Shown piece by piece: positions 36,215 to 46,210 of a stretch of 64,000 nucleotides of DNA (position 1 is its first letter; each line of letters starts with the position of its first letter). The translations under genes were made by a program, and so were the position numbers. Source of the DNA: Gemmatimonas sp. (GTDB lineage Bacteria; Gemmatimonadota; Gemmatimonadetes; Gemmatimonadales; Gemmatimonadaceae). The stretch lies in the NCBI RefSeq assembly GCF_041689975.1, contig NZ_JBDNFF010000075.1, forward strand, positions 585 through 64,584, written 5' to 3'. Below the pieces are notes generated by a model that made no database searches, had not been told where the DNA came from, and was given only the letters and a program-made list of their open reading frames with translations.

Positions 36215-37437
36215 TGCACAACGCCGTGGCGCCGCGCGCCGCCGAGTTGGAAGCGTTACTCGCCACGGCGCGCGCGTTCGTCCGTGAGGCGCTGGTGCCG
36301 CTCGAGTCACAGCTGTTGCATGGTAACTGGGCGAAGAACGAACCGGTGTTGTCGCAGCTGCGCGAGCAGGCGCGCGCGCTCGGTCTCTGGGCACCGTTCC
36401 TCCCGGCGTCGCTTGGTGGACGCGACCTCCCGCTCGACGCGTACGCGCGCTTGAGCGAGGTGCTTGGCTGGACACCGTTCGGCCACTACGTGTGCAACTG
36501 CCAGGCGCCGGATGTCGGCAATATGGAGCTGCTGCTGCAGTTCGGCACCGACGAACAGAAGGCGCAGTTTCTCGAACCGCTGGCACGCGGCGAGATCCGC
36601 AGTTGCTTCGCGATGACGGAGCCGGAACACGCCGGATCGAATCCCGTCATCATGTCGACGCAGGCAGTGCGTGAGGGTCATGAGTTCGTCATCACCGGTC
36701 ACAAGTGGTTCACGAGCAGCGCCGACGGCGCGTCGTTCGCGGTGGTGATGGCGGTGACCGATCCGGATGAAGCGCGCAAGCATTTTCGCGCCAGTCAGAT
36801 TCTGGTGCCGCTGCCCGCCGCTGGGTACTCGCTGGTCCGCAACATCGCGGTGATGGGTGAGAGTGGCGGTGGATGGGCCAGTCACGCCGAAGTGCGCTTT
36901 GATGCCGTGCGCGTTCCGGTCACCAATGTGCTTGGACGGCAGGGCCATGGATTCGCGCTGGCGCAAGAGCGGCTGGGACCGGGACGCATCCATCACTGCA
37001 TGCGCTGGATCGGCATCTGCGAGCGTGCCTTCGACCTCATGTGCCGTCGTGCCGCGGAGCGCGAGTTGGCGCCCGGCGACGTGCTGGCGAACAGGCAACA
37101 GGTGCAGTTCTGGATCGCGGACTCGCGTATCGAGATTCATGCCGCGCGGCTGATGGTGATGGATGCCGCCACGCGTATGGCCCGTGAGGGCCAGGAGGCG
37201 GCGCGTGAAGAGATCGCGTACATCAAGGTGTTCGTGGCCAACACGCTGCAGCGCGTGCTCGATCGCGCGCTGCAGGCACACGGTGCACTGGGTATGACCG
37301 ACGACACTCCGCTGGCATGGTGGTACCGGCACGAGCGGGCCGCGCGCATCTATGACGGTGCCGACGAAGTGCATCGCACGGTGATTGCCCGCCGCGCGCT
37401 CAAGCCCTATCTCCCGCCCCGCACGCCGCGTGAGTAA
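36211..37437 (+). CDS. Acyl-CoA dehydrogenase family protein, ACAD10/11-FadE2-like
   Basis: CFAMTEPE, GHKWFTS, LGPGRIHHCMRWIG, IYDGADEVH. Its ATG overlaps the SDR stop (ATGA). Confidence 0.9.
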   Translation: MMHNAVAPRAAELEALLATARAFVREALVPLESQLLHGNWAKNEPVLSQLREQARALGLWAPFLPASLGGRDLPLDAYARLSEVLGWTPFGHYVCNCQAPDVGNMELLLQFGTDEQKAQFLEPLARGEIRSCFAMTEPEHAGSNPVIMSTQAVREGHEFVITGHKWFTSSADGASFAVVMAVTDPDEARKHFRASQILVPLPAAGYSLVRNIAVMGESGGGWASHAEVRFDAVRVPVTNVLGRQGHGFALAQERLGPGRIHHCMRWIGICERAFDLMCRRAAERELAPGDVLANRQQVQFWIADSRIEIHAARLMVMDAATRMAREGQEAAREEIAYIKVFVANTLQRVLDRALQAHGALGMTDDTPLAWWYRHERAARIYDGADEVHRTVIARRALKPYLPPRTPRE

Positions 37438-37443
37438 TCGCCT

Positions 37444-38532
37444 ATGAGTGACGGAACGATCGCGCTGCGCGAGGGAGAAGAGGTCGACGCCGTGGCCCTG
37501 CTCGCCTGGCTTGCGCAGGCGGTACCACAGATGGTGCCGGCCGGCGCTCGCTTGCGCATTCGGCAGTACCCCGCAGGATTTTCGAATCTCACGTATCTGG
37601 TCACGATGGAGCACGAGCATGGTGAACGCGCACTGGTGCTGCGCCGTCCCCCACGTGGAGTGAAGGCAGGGATCGCGCACGACGTGGGTCGTGAACACGG
37701 TATTCTGGAGGCATTACACGCGCGGGGCGTTCCGGTACCCAAGCCGGTGACGCGCTGCGATGACGCTGCCGTGATCGGCGCGCCGTTCTACCTCATGGAG
37801 CATGTGGACGGCGTGATCCTGCGTGGGACGCCGCCGGAATCGCTCACCGACGACGCGGCCGCGATGCCGGCGAAGCTTGCGGCGCTCTCGCAGACGTTCG
37901 TGCAGACGCTCGTGCAGCTGCACGCCGTGGACGTCTCGACCGAACCCCTTGCCTCGCTGGGGCGCCCCGATGGCTACGTACTGCGGCAAGTGCAGGGGTG
38001 GACCAAACGATGGGGCGCTTCACGCACGGGCGATGTGCTGGAGCTCGACTGGACCGCCCAGTGGCTGGAGGCGCACCGTCCACCCGATCGCGCGACCACG
38101 CTGGTGCACAACGACTTCAAGCTCGACAATCTCGTGCTCGAGCCGGATCTGTCACGGGTGCGGGCGATTCTTGACTGGGAAATGGCAACGATCGGTGATC
38201 CGCTCATGGACCTCGGCACCAGTCTCGCGTATTGGGTGGAAGCGGGTGATGCACCGATCTTTCGCGCACTCGGACTCGGTATCACGGCACTGCCCGGCAA
38301 CATGACGCGGCGCGAGCTGGTACAGGCGTACGGCGCGCACCGCGGCATCGACGTAAGCGATGCACCGTTCTATTACGCGTTCGGTCTGTTCAAGGTGGCG
38401 GTCATCGCGCAGCAGATATACGCACGGTATGTGAAGGGACTCACGAGTGACCCGCGCTTCGGCGTGTTGGGGGAGGTCGTGAAGGCGCTGGGGGTTGCGG
38501 CGAAAGCTGCGGCGGAGACGGGACGGGTGTAG
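37444..38532 (+). CDS. Phosphotransferase (APH/choline-kinase fold), of the type fused to ACAD10/11
   Basis: QYPAGFSNLTYLV, HNDFKLDNLV, DWEMATIGDPLMDL. Starts 6 nt after the ACAD stop. Confidence 0.88.
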   Translation: MSDGTIALREGEEVDAVALLAWLAQAVPQMVPAGARLRIRQYPAGFSNLTYLVTMEHEHGERALVLRRPPRGVKAGIAHDVGREHGILEALHARGVPVPKPVTRCDDAAVIGAPFYLMEHVDGVILRGTPPESLTDDAAAMPAKLAALSQTFVQTLVQLHAVDVSTEPLASLGRPDGYVLRQVQGWTKRWGASRTGDVLELDWTAQWLEAHRPPDRATTLVHNDFKLDNLVLEPDLSRVRAILDWEMATIGDPLMDLGTSLAYWVEAGDAPIFRALGLGITALPGNMTRRELVQAYGAHRGIDVSDAPFYYAFGLFKVAVIAQQIYARYVKGLTSDPRFGVLGEVVKALGVAAKAAAETGRV

Positions 38533-38543
38533 CGCGCGCAGTT

Positions 38544-38662
38544 GACCCACGACCCAGCACCCATGGCCTCAAACGCCAAGCCTCGAGCCCACCCTGTTGC
38601 TGATGGCGGTGGGCTCGAGGCTTGGCGTTTGAGGCCGTGGGTATTGGGTATTGGGTAATGGG
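38544..38662. terminator. Very long palindromic element / bidirectional terminator ending in (GGGTATT)3GGG
   Basis: Perfect 29-bp stem 38565-38593 / 38608-38636 with a 14-nt loop. The flanks continue pairing imperfectly (ACCCACGACCCAGCACCCATGG vs CCGTGGGTATTGGGTATTGGGT). G3 runs at 38639, 38646, 38653 and 38660. Confidence 0.7.
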
Positions 38663-38667
38663 TTTCC

Positions 38668-39834
<1,167 letters not shown>

Positions 39835-39856
39835 CTCTATCTCTCCTGCCGCGCGC

Positions 39857-42169
39857 TCAATTGCGCAGCGGCTTGCCGGTCTTGAGGGTGTACGCGATGC
39901 GCTCCTGCGTTTCCTTGGTGCCGAGAAGGCTGAGGAACTGTTCGCGCTCGAGGTCGAGCAGATCCTGCTCGGTGACATCACGTGCCGTGCCGTCGCCGCC
40001 GCACAACACATACGCGATGGCGCGACCGACGCGGACATCATGGGCCGACGCCTGACCCGCCTCCTTCGCCGCCCAGATGGCGTACTCGAGATTGCCCATC
40101 CCTTCACGACCGAGCGCGCGCACGGTGCGCTCGAGGGGCGGGAGGTAGCCGCGGGCGAGATCGAGCACGCGAGCCTTCGCGTCGGCAATCTGGTGATCGC
40201 GATTCATGCTGATGCGATCGCTCTCGCGCAGGAAGCCCAACGCCTTCGCCTCGTACGCCGAGGTTGTCGTGGTCGCGAAGGCGATCAACTTGAACGCGCG
40301 CTTCACGGCGCCGAACAGATCGACCTCTTCATAGTTCTGGAGTTCGGCGGTGAAGCGCATGAGCAACTCCTTCGTCCCGCCGCCGCCCGGCAACAGACCG
40401 ACGCCGGCCTCCACCAGCCCCATGTACGTCTCGGCGTGCGCCTGCACGGCATCGGCGTGCAGCGTGAACTCCGCGCCGCCGCCGAGCGTCATACCCGCCG
40501 GTGCGACGATCACCGGGAATGGTGCGCGGCGAATCGACATCACGCTGTCCTGGAACGCCTTGCAGGAGACTGCGATGTCATCCCAGGCACCGGCGGATAC
40601 CGCGAACGAGACCAGCGACAAATCGGCGCCGACGCTGAAGGCACGTGCGTCTTCGTTGCCGATCACCATGCCGTTGAAACCGAGCTTCTCGACTTTGCTG
40701 AGCGCGCTTTCAAGGCCCTTGAGGACGCCGTCGCCGAGGCTGTTCATCTTCGAACGGAACTCGAAGCAGGCTACGCCGTCGCCCAGATCGATCAGGCGGG
40801 AGAGGCCATTGTCGTCGAGTACACGACCATGCTTCGCGAGGCTCGCGAGCGCCAAACGGCCGGGGATTCCCGGAATGGGTTCGTACGTGCCGTCGAAGGT
40901 GAGATACTCACCATTTTTGTAGAACGACCCCGTCGCCATCTCCAGCAGCGGCGGGATGCTCTTGCCCTGCGCGCGGAACTCTCCGCGCAGCCATTCGATG
41001 CCCAGCGCGTCCATGATCTGGAAGGGGCCCGCTTCCCAGCCGTAGCCCCACTCCATGGCGCGGTCGACCGCCACGATGTCGAACGCCAGTTGAGAGGCGA
41101 GCGTGAGCGTGTAGTGCGCGGCGTCGGCGAGATGGTCGCGCAGAAACGCACCCTGCACGCCAGTCATCGCGATGGCCGCCGGCAGGCGCTGCGCGATCGG
41201 CATACGGATCGCCTGACCGATCTCTCCACCTTCGAGCCGCTGCTGCGGCACATAGCTCTTGGTCTTCCAGTCGAAGGTCTGTGTGCCGTCCTTCGTCTTT
41301 GTGTAGAAGCCGCCGCCGGTCTTGTCGCCAAGCTTCCCCTTGGCCACCAGTTCTTCGAGCATCCACGACGGAAGCGCGAAGTCTTCGTTAGTTGCGCCAC
41401 CGATACCCTTGGTCACGTGCGCGAGCACGTCGAGGCCCGAGAGGTCGCCGGTGCGGAACGTCGCAGTCCGCGCGCGGCCGATCAACGAGCCGGTGAGCCC
41501 GTCCACTTCATCGATGGTGAGTCCGTGCTGCTCCATGCGTCGCATGGTGCCGACCATACCGTACACGCCCAGCCGGTTGGCGATGAAGCCCGGCACGTCT
41601 TTGGCGATGACGATGCCCTTGCCGAGCGTGCGCTCGGCGAACTCGCGCGTGGCCCCAATCACCGCCGGATCCGTGTCCGGTGTCGGAATGATCTCGAGCA
41701 GGTGCATGTAGCGCGGCGGATTGAAGAAGTGCGTGCCGAGGAAGCGACGACGGAATTTCTCGCCACGTCCCTCGAGCAGCACCGACATCGGAATGCCCGA
41801 CGTGTTCGACGAGATGATCGCCGTGGGCTTCATGAGCGCTTCGATGCGCGCGAACAGCTGCTGCTTCGGTTCCGCGAGCTCGACGATTGCTTCACAGATC
41901 CAGTCGCACTCGGCGAGGAGCTGGAGATGATCTTCGGTGTTGCCGGTACGCACCCGAGCGGCGGTCGAAGCCTCCATGAAGGAGGCCGGCTTGGACTTGA
42001 TCGCTTTCTGCAGCCCGTTTTTGGCGGGTGCACTGCGGTTCGGCGATTTGGGATCGCTATCGCCGGGGATATCGAGCAACACGACACGGCAGCCCGCCGA
42101 GGCAGCGAGGGCGGCAATGCCGCTCCCCATGGCCCCGGCGCCCACCACGCCGACAGTCGTCATGCGCAT
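39857..42169 (-). CDS. fadN: Bifunctional 3-hydroxyacyl-CoA dehydrogenase / enoyl-CoA hydratase (HAD-N, ECH-C order, FadN-like)
   Basis: VGVVGAGAMGSGIA, HFFNPP. C-terminal crotonase-like FRSKMNSLG...AFSVGADL. GGAGAG lies 8 nt upstream of ATG 42169. Confidence 0.92.
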   Translation of the reverse strand: MRMTTVGVVGAGAMGSGIAALAASAGCRVVLLDIPGDSDPKSPNRSAPAKNGLQKAIKSKPASFMEASTAARVRTGNTEDHLQLLAECDWICEAIVELAEPKQQLFARIEALMKPTAIISSNTSGIPMSVLLEGRGEKFRRRFLGTHFFNPPRYMHLLEIIPTPDTDPAVIGATREFAERTLGKGIVIAKDVPGFIANRLGVYGMVGTMRRMEQHGLTIDEVDGLTGSLIGRARTATFRTGDLSGLDVLAHVTKGIGGATNEDFALPSWMLEELVAKGKLGDKTGGGFYTKTKDGTQTFDWKTKSYVPQQRLEGGEIGQAIRMPIAQRLPAAIAMTGVQGAFLRDHLADAAHYTLTLASQLAFDIVAVDRAMEWGYGWEAGPFQIMDALGIEWLRGEFRAQGKSIPPLLEMATGSFYKNGEYLTFDGTYEPIPGIPGRLALASLAKHGRVLDDNGLSRLIDLGDGVACFEFRSKMNSLGDGVLKGLESALSKVEKLGFNGMVIGNEDARAFSVGADLSLVSFAVSAGAWDDIAVSCKAFQDSVMSIRRAPFPVIVAPAGMTLGGGAEFTLHADAVQAHAETYMGLVEAGVGLLPGGGGTKELLMRFTAELQNYEEVDLFGAVKRAFKLIAFATTTTSAYEAKALGFLRESDRISMNRDHQIADAKARVLDLARGYLPPLERTVRALGREGMGNLEYAIWAAKEAGQASAHDVRVGRAIAYVLCGGDGTARDVTEQDLLDLEREQFLSLLGTKETQERIAYTLKTGKPLRN

Positions 42170-42316
42170 TCGGCACTCTCTCCGTAAGGGACCCCCACAA
42201 ACTCCCTCGTGGATCGGCCGGGCGGAAGGGGCGGGCACGAAAAACACGACGTTGGCGTCATGTTCGACCGCCGCGGGGACCGCTCGAATGTGCCGGGCGT
42301 GGATGTGATGCGAGGA

Positions 42317-42946
42317 TCAGGTCTGCTGCGAGGGGTCGCGTCCGGCCACGTCGGCGTAATACGTCCGGATGCGGGCGATCCCCGCGGCCGGGTCATCTTC
42401 CACGGGCATCGTGGTTGGCCCGAGTCGTACCACTTTGCGTCGGTAATCGAGCGCGACGCAGCAGATAGGGACATTGGCCCCCTTGGCGACGTGCCAGAAG
42501 CCACTACGCCATGCCGTCACCTTTTTACGGGTGCCCTCAGGAGCGAGGGCGAGCGCGAATCGCTCGTGTGTCCGGAACGCGTCGATGGTGCGCTCCACGG
42601 CCTTGTGGGAATTCTTGCGATCCACCGGAATGCCGCCATTGGCGCGCATGAACCAACCCATCGGCGGAACGAACAGCGTGTGCTTGCCCCACCAGTGGGC
42701 GTCGAAACCGAGGGCCCACTTGGCCGCCAGGCCGATCGGGAAATCCCAGTTCGATGTGTGCGGGGCAATGATGGCGACGAAGCGCGGGACGTTGGGCATC
42801 TGCCCTTCGAAGTGCCAGCCGGCTCGAAACAGGAGCGTGCGGCCAAGCACACGCAGCCACCGGCGATGCGATTGCGGGATATCGGGACCGAGCGGCCAGT
42901 CGTCCGGCGCGTGCGCGCTGGCGGGGTGTTGCGTCATGCCGTTCAT
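42317..42946 (-). CDS. Lysophospholipid (1-acyl-sn-glycerol-3-phosphate) acyltransferase family protein
   Basis: HX4D box HTSNWD and PEGTR. Start at ATG 42946 or 42937; the ORF-track start at 42973 would overlap the divergent msrB. Confidence 0.8.
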   Translation of the reverse strand: MNGMTQHPASAHAPDDWPLGPDIPQSHRRWLRVLGRTLLFRAGWHFEGQMPNVPRFVAIIAPHTSNWDFPIGLAAKWALGFDAHWWGKHTLFVPPMGWFMRANGGIPVDRKNSHKAVERTIDAFRTHERFALALAPEGTRKKVTAWRSGFWHVAKGANVPICCVALDYRRKVVRLGPTTMPVEDDPAAGIARIRTYYADVAGRDPSQQT

Positions 42947-42953
42947 TTGACTG

Positions 42954-43355
42954 ATGGCAGACAAAATCCGCAAGAGCGAACTGGAGTGGCGGACGATTCT
43001 TTCGACCGAACAGTTCCGAGTGCTACGCTCGTACGGTACCGAACGGGCGTTCGCCGGCTGCTACTGGGATCACCATGATGACGGACAGTACATCTGTGCC
43101 GGCTGTGGCCAGCCCTTGTTCTCGTCCAGCGCGAAGTTCGACTCGGGCACCGGTTGGCCGAGCTTCACCGAGCCGCTGACCGACGTCGCCATCGAGACGA
43201 GCACCGATCGGCGGTGGTTCATCGTGAGTGTGGAAGTGCACTGCGCGTCGTGCGATGGGCATCTGGGGCATGTTTTCGACGACGGTCCGACGCCCGGCGG
43301 CATGCGCTACCGCATCAACTCCGCATCGCTCGATTTCAGCGCTTGCGACGACTAG
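42954..43355 (+). CDS. msrB: MsrB-family protein (methionine-R-sulfoxide reductase homologue) lacking the catalytic Cys
   Basis: CAGC and CASC zinc pairs, GWPSF, HLGHVFDDGP. The signature RYC(I/V)NS reads RYRINS. Confidence 0.85.
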   Translation: MADKIRKSELEWRTILSTEQFRVLRSYGTERAFAGCYWDHHDDGQYICAGCGQPLFSSSAKFDSGTGWPSFTEPLTDVAIETSTDRRWFIVSVEVHCASCDGHLGHVFDDGPTPGGMRYRINSASLDFSACDD

Positions 43356-43368
43356 TCCCGCATCAGGC

Positions 43369-44283
43369 TCACGAGCAGGTCGGGCGACCGCGCGGGAGCG
43401 TCACGGTGCAGTTCTTCGTGGTGCCGTCTTCGGTGATCTGCAGCTTGGCCGTCGTCGTCCCGTCATACGTAAGCAGTTCGCGACGTTCTCTGGTGGAGCT
43501 CGTACCGTCGATCGTCGTGATCACCTTCATGCGGCGAATTACGGTGCCGGCGGTCGGATAGGTCTGCGTCGTGGCGGATACCGGAATGACGAGTGCCCTG
43601 GTGGTGTCCGAGGAGGTGCGCACCGATGAGAAAGTTTTGCTTTCACGGTTCGTGCCGGTGGCCGTCTCGCTGCCCCGCGACGTGCCGTTCACGGTACGTT
43701 GCGTGCTGCCGACCGCGAGTCCCGTGACGGTGCGATCGCCGCTGTTGTTCACGGTGGCCGTGACGTTGCCATCGCGGCTGCGAGAGGCGGTACCGACAAC
43801 CGTCGTGCGTACCTGCACCGAGTTCGTGGTCAGACTGTCGATCACCGACTGCGCGGTGCCGGCGGCATTCTTGATCGTGTAGATCGCCGTTACCGTGAGG
43901 CCGTTTGTAACGGTCGGTCCGCAGGTCAGATCGCCAGTGCCGGCCGCGAAGACGCAGCTGGCGTCGATCCGCATACCAAACGGTCCGCCGTGCGGTCCAC
44001 GACCGGGCGCCGCGCCGCCGACGAAGGCATCGCCGAGTCCGCCCCCCATGAAGCCGCTCATGCCGGGGCCGCCGCCACGTCCGCGGCCGGGTCCACCCCA
44101 AGGCATACTGCTGGTCTCGGACGGCGCGTAACTGCTGGACACGAGGTCGAGTCCGGCGGGCGCCGTGCTGAACGCCAGATCGGACATGAAGGCGTTCGGG
44201 CCGTTGCTGTTGTCGAAGCTGCAGGCCGCCGCACCAACCAGCGTCGCGGTTGCAGTCAGCGTGAGAAAGCGGGATCGTGCCAT
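43369..44283 (-). CDS. Secreted/lipoprotein-like hypothetical protein (Gly-rich then Thr-rich, beta-type)
   Basis: ATG 44283. Signal peptide MARSRFLTLTATATLVGAAAC. GGPGRGRGGGPGMSGFMGGG segment, followed by Thr/Val-rich repeats. Confidence 0.65.
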   Translation of the reverse strand: MARSRFLTLTATATLVGAAACSFDNSNGPNAFMSDLAFSTAPAGLDLVSSSYAPSETSSMPWGGPGRGRGGGPGMSGFMGGGLGDAFVGGAAPGRGPHGGPFGMRIDASCVFAAGTGDLTCGPTVTNGLTVTAIYTIKNAAGTAQSVIDSLTTNSVQVRTTVVGTASRSRDGNVTATVNNSGDRTVTGLAVGSTQRTVNGTSRGSETATGTNRESKTFSSVRTSSDTTRALVIPVSATTQTYPTAGTVIRRMKVITTIDGTSSTRERRELLTYDGTTTAKLQITEDGTTKNCTVTLPRGRPTCS

Positions 44284-44388
44284 GATGAACCTCTCGGAGG
44301 GGGCGGCCTTCGACGCTCGCGGCTGTCGCGATGGCATCGTTGAGGCGTTTGCAGGAGAAAACACACGGCCGCCAGCATACCCTATGTG

Positions 44389-44937
44389 CTACTCACCGTC
44401 TCTCGACAGGAATGGGGACAGCTTCTCGCGTAACTGTCGCAAGGCACGACTCATGTTGGCTTCCACGGCCTTCACCGTCACGCCGAGTTGCTCGGCGATT
44501 TCACTGTAACGCAGGTTGCGCTCGCGGCTCATCAGAAACACTTCGCGCGTGCGCGGCGGCAGTGCGTCGAGGGCGTCCCGAATTGCGTTCTGCAGCTCGC
44601 CCGCGTGCGTATTCGCGTCGGCATGTTCGGCGGGCTCGCTGAGCGCCTCTACATAGACGGCGGACTTCCTCTGCACGTGCAGATGGCGCAAATGATTGAG
44701 CGAACGATTGCGCACCGCTTGCATCAGATAGCCGGCCACGCTGCTGTCCGGGGCCAATGTTTCGCGTCGGCGCCAGAGTTCCAGAAAGACATCCTGCGAA
44801 AGTTCTTCGGCCACCCCCGGGTCGTGCAGCACGCGATTGGCCGAGCGCACCACGGGCTCGTACCACTGCCGGAAGATCGCATCGAACGCCGCGTGATCCC
44901 CGCCTCGAAGGCGGGCCAGCAAGTCAGCGTCGGACAC
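44389..44937 (-). CDS. ECF sigma factor (FecI-like)
   Basis: Regions 2 and 4 (AEELSQDVFLELW; LPPRTREVFLMSRERNLRYSEIAEQLGVTVKAVEANMSRAL). Divergent from the FecR-like gene. Confidence 0.9.
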   Translation of the reverse strand: MSDADLLARLRGGDHAAFDAIFRQWYEPVVRSANRVLHDPGVAEELSQDVFLELWRRRETLAPDSSVAGYLMQAVRNRSLNHLRHLHVQRKSAVYVEALSEPAEHADANTHAGELQNAIRDALDALPPRTREVFLMSRERNLRYSEIAEQLGVTVKAVEANMSRALRQLREKLSPFLSRDGE

Positions 44938-45103
44938 GAGGGGCGTGGGGTCGGGAAATGATTGGGATAGGATACGGTCGACGCGACTCCTCGGAGTCCT
45001 GTCGGCCTCGGTTGCAGCGTATACTACATCGAATCACGGCGATTTTGCGCCAGGGCCCGCCGGGAAAGCGGGTACGTAGGGTATCGTCATCCACTCGTGT
45101 CTC

Positions 45104-46192
45104 TTGGGCATGTCCGACCCAATCCGTCCATCTGCCGCATCCGCTTCCGAAGCCGACTGGGACGCGATCTCCCGCTTCGTGGCGGGAGAGAGCGACGCGG
45201 TCGAGTCGGCTGCCGTTACTCAGTGGCTGGCCACGCATCCGGAAGACGCTGCGGTGGCGGCCCTCGTTAAGGCGCGTGCAGAACGCGCGACGGTGCGGTC
45301 GGAGGTCTCGGTCGATACGGAGCGGGCGCTGGCGGCTGTGCGCAGCCGTATGGCGGAAGCCCCGTCGCTGACGGTCCATCATGGTGGCGCGACGACGCAC
45401 CCCATCGCCGCGCGCTCGGCGAGTGGTTGGCGTGGACCCGCGTTTGCGGCCGCGGCTGCGCTCGCTGCCATGGTGGGCTTCGCGCAGTGGCGCAGCGGCA
45501 ACGCGGCCACTGAGCGCGGGGCTGCCCAAAAGGTGTACGCCACGCAGGTGGGGCAGCGCGACTCCGTGAAGCTGCCCGACGGCAGCACGGTCGTACTCGC
45601 TCCCGGCAGCCGACTCACGGTTGCCGCGGGATTCAATGGCGGTAATCGCGAAGTCCTGCTGGAAGGTGCGGCGTTCTTCGATGTGAAGCATGACGGTGCG
45701 CATCCGTTCGTGGTGCATTCGCGTGGCGCGGAAATTCGCGACATCGGTACCGTTTTTTCGGTGAAGACTGATGCGAATGGTCGCGTCTCGGTGGCCGTGA
45801 CGCACGGCATCGTGGCGCTGCGCGATGCGAGTGCGGGCAGTGCGGCGCCAGTGGAATTGCGGGCGGGTGATCGTGGCGTGCTGCAGGCGGGTACGGTGGT
45901 GGTGGCGCGTGGCACGGTGACTGAAGAAGACATGGCGTGGACACGCGGACAGCTGGCCTATCGGGACGCGCCGCTGGCCGAGGTGCAGGCGGATTTGCGT
46001 CGGTGGTACGGCATCGAGTTGCAGGTCGCGGACGCGGAGCTTGCACGGCGCACGTTGACGGCGTCGTTCCGTGGCGACTCGGCGGCGCAGGTGCTACAGA
46101 TGATCGCGCTGGCCCTTGGAGCCGATGTGGTGCAGCGTGGCGACACAATATTTCTTCAGCCGCAGGGACCGGGTTCAACGCCGAATCCCTGA
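45104..46192 (+). CDS. FecR-family anti-sigma factor / transmembrane sensor
   Basis: N-terminal anti-sigma segment, one TM (AAAALAAMVGFA), FecR domain (KLPDGSTVVLAPGSRL...FFDVKHD). Confidence 0.85.
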   Translation: MGMSDPIRPSAASASEADWDAISRFVAGESDAVESAAVTQWLATHPEDAAVAALVKARAERATVRSEVSVDTERALAAVRSRMAEAPSLTVHHGGATTHPIAARSASGWRGPAFAAAAALAAMVGFAQWRSGNAATERGAAQKVYATQVGQRDSVKLPDGSTVVLAPGSRLTVAAGFNGGNREVLLEGAAFFDVKHDGAHPFVVHSRGAEIRDIGTVFSVKTDANGRVSVAVTHGIVALRDASAGSAAPVELRAGDRGVLQAGTVVVARGTVTEEDMAWTRGQLAYRDAPLAEVQADLRRWYGIELQVADAELARRTLTASFRGDSAAQVLQMIALALGADVVQRGDTIFLQPQGPGSTPNP

Positions 46193-46210
46193 ACGAGGCG
46201 ATCGACGCGC

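Noticed and set aside
35069-37698. 505-aa and 463-aa minus-strand ORFs antisense to the SDR and ACAD genes.
   Set aside because: High-GC antisense artefacts. The plus-strand genes carry clear family signatures and are translationally coupled.
38639-38662. GGGTATT heptamer repeats considered as CRISPR- or telomere-like repeats.
   Set aside because: There are only three and a half units, no spacers and no cas genes. The repeats form the flank of a palindromic terminator-like element instead.
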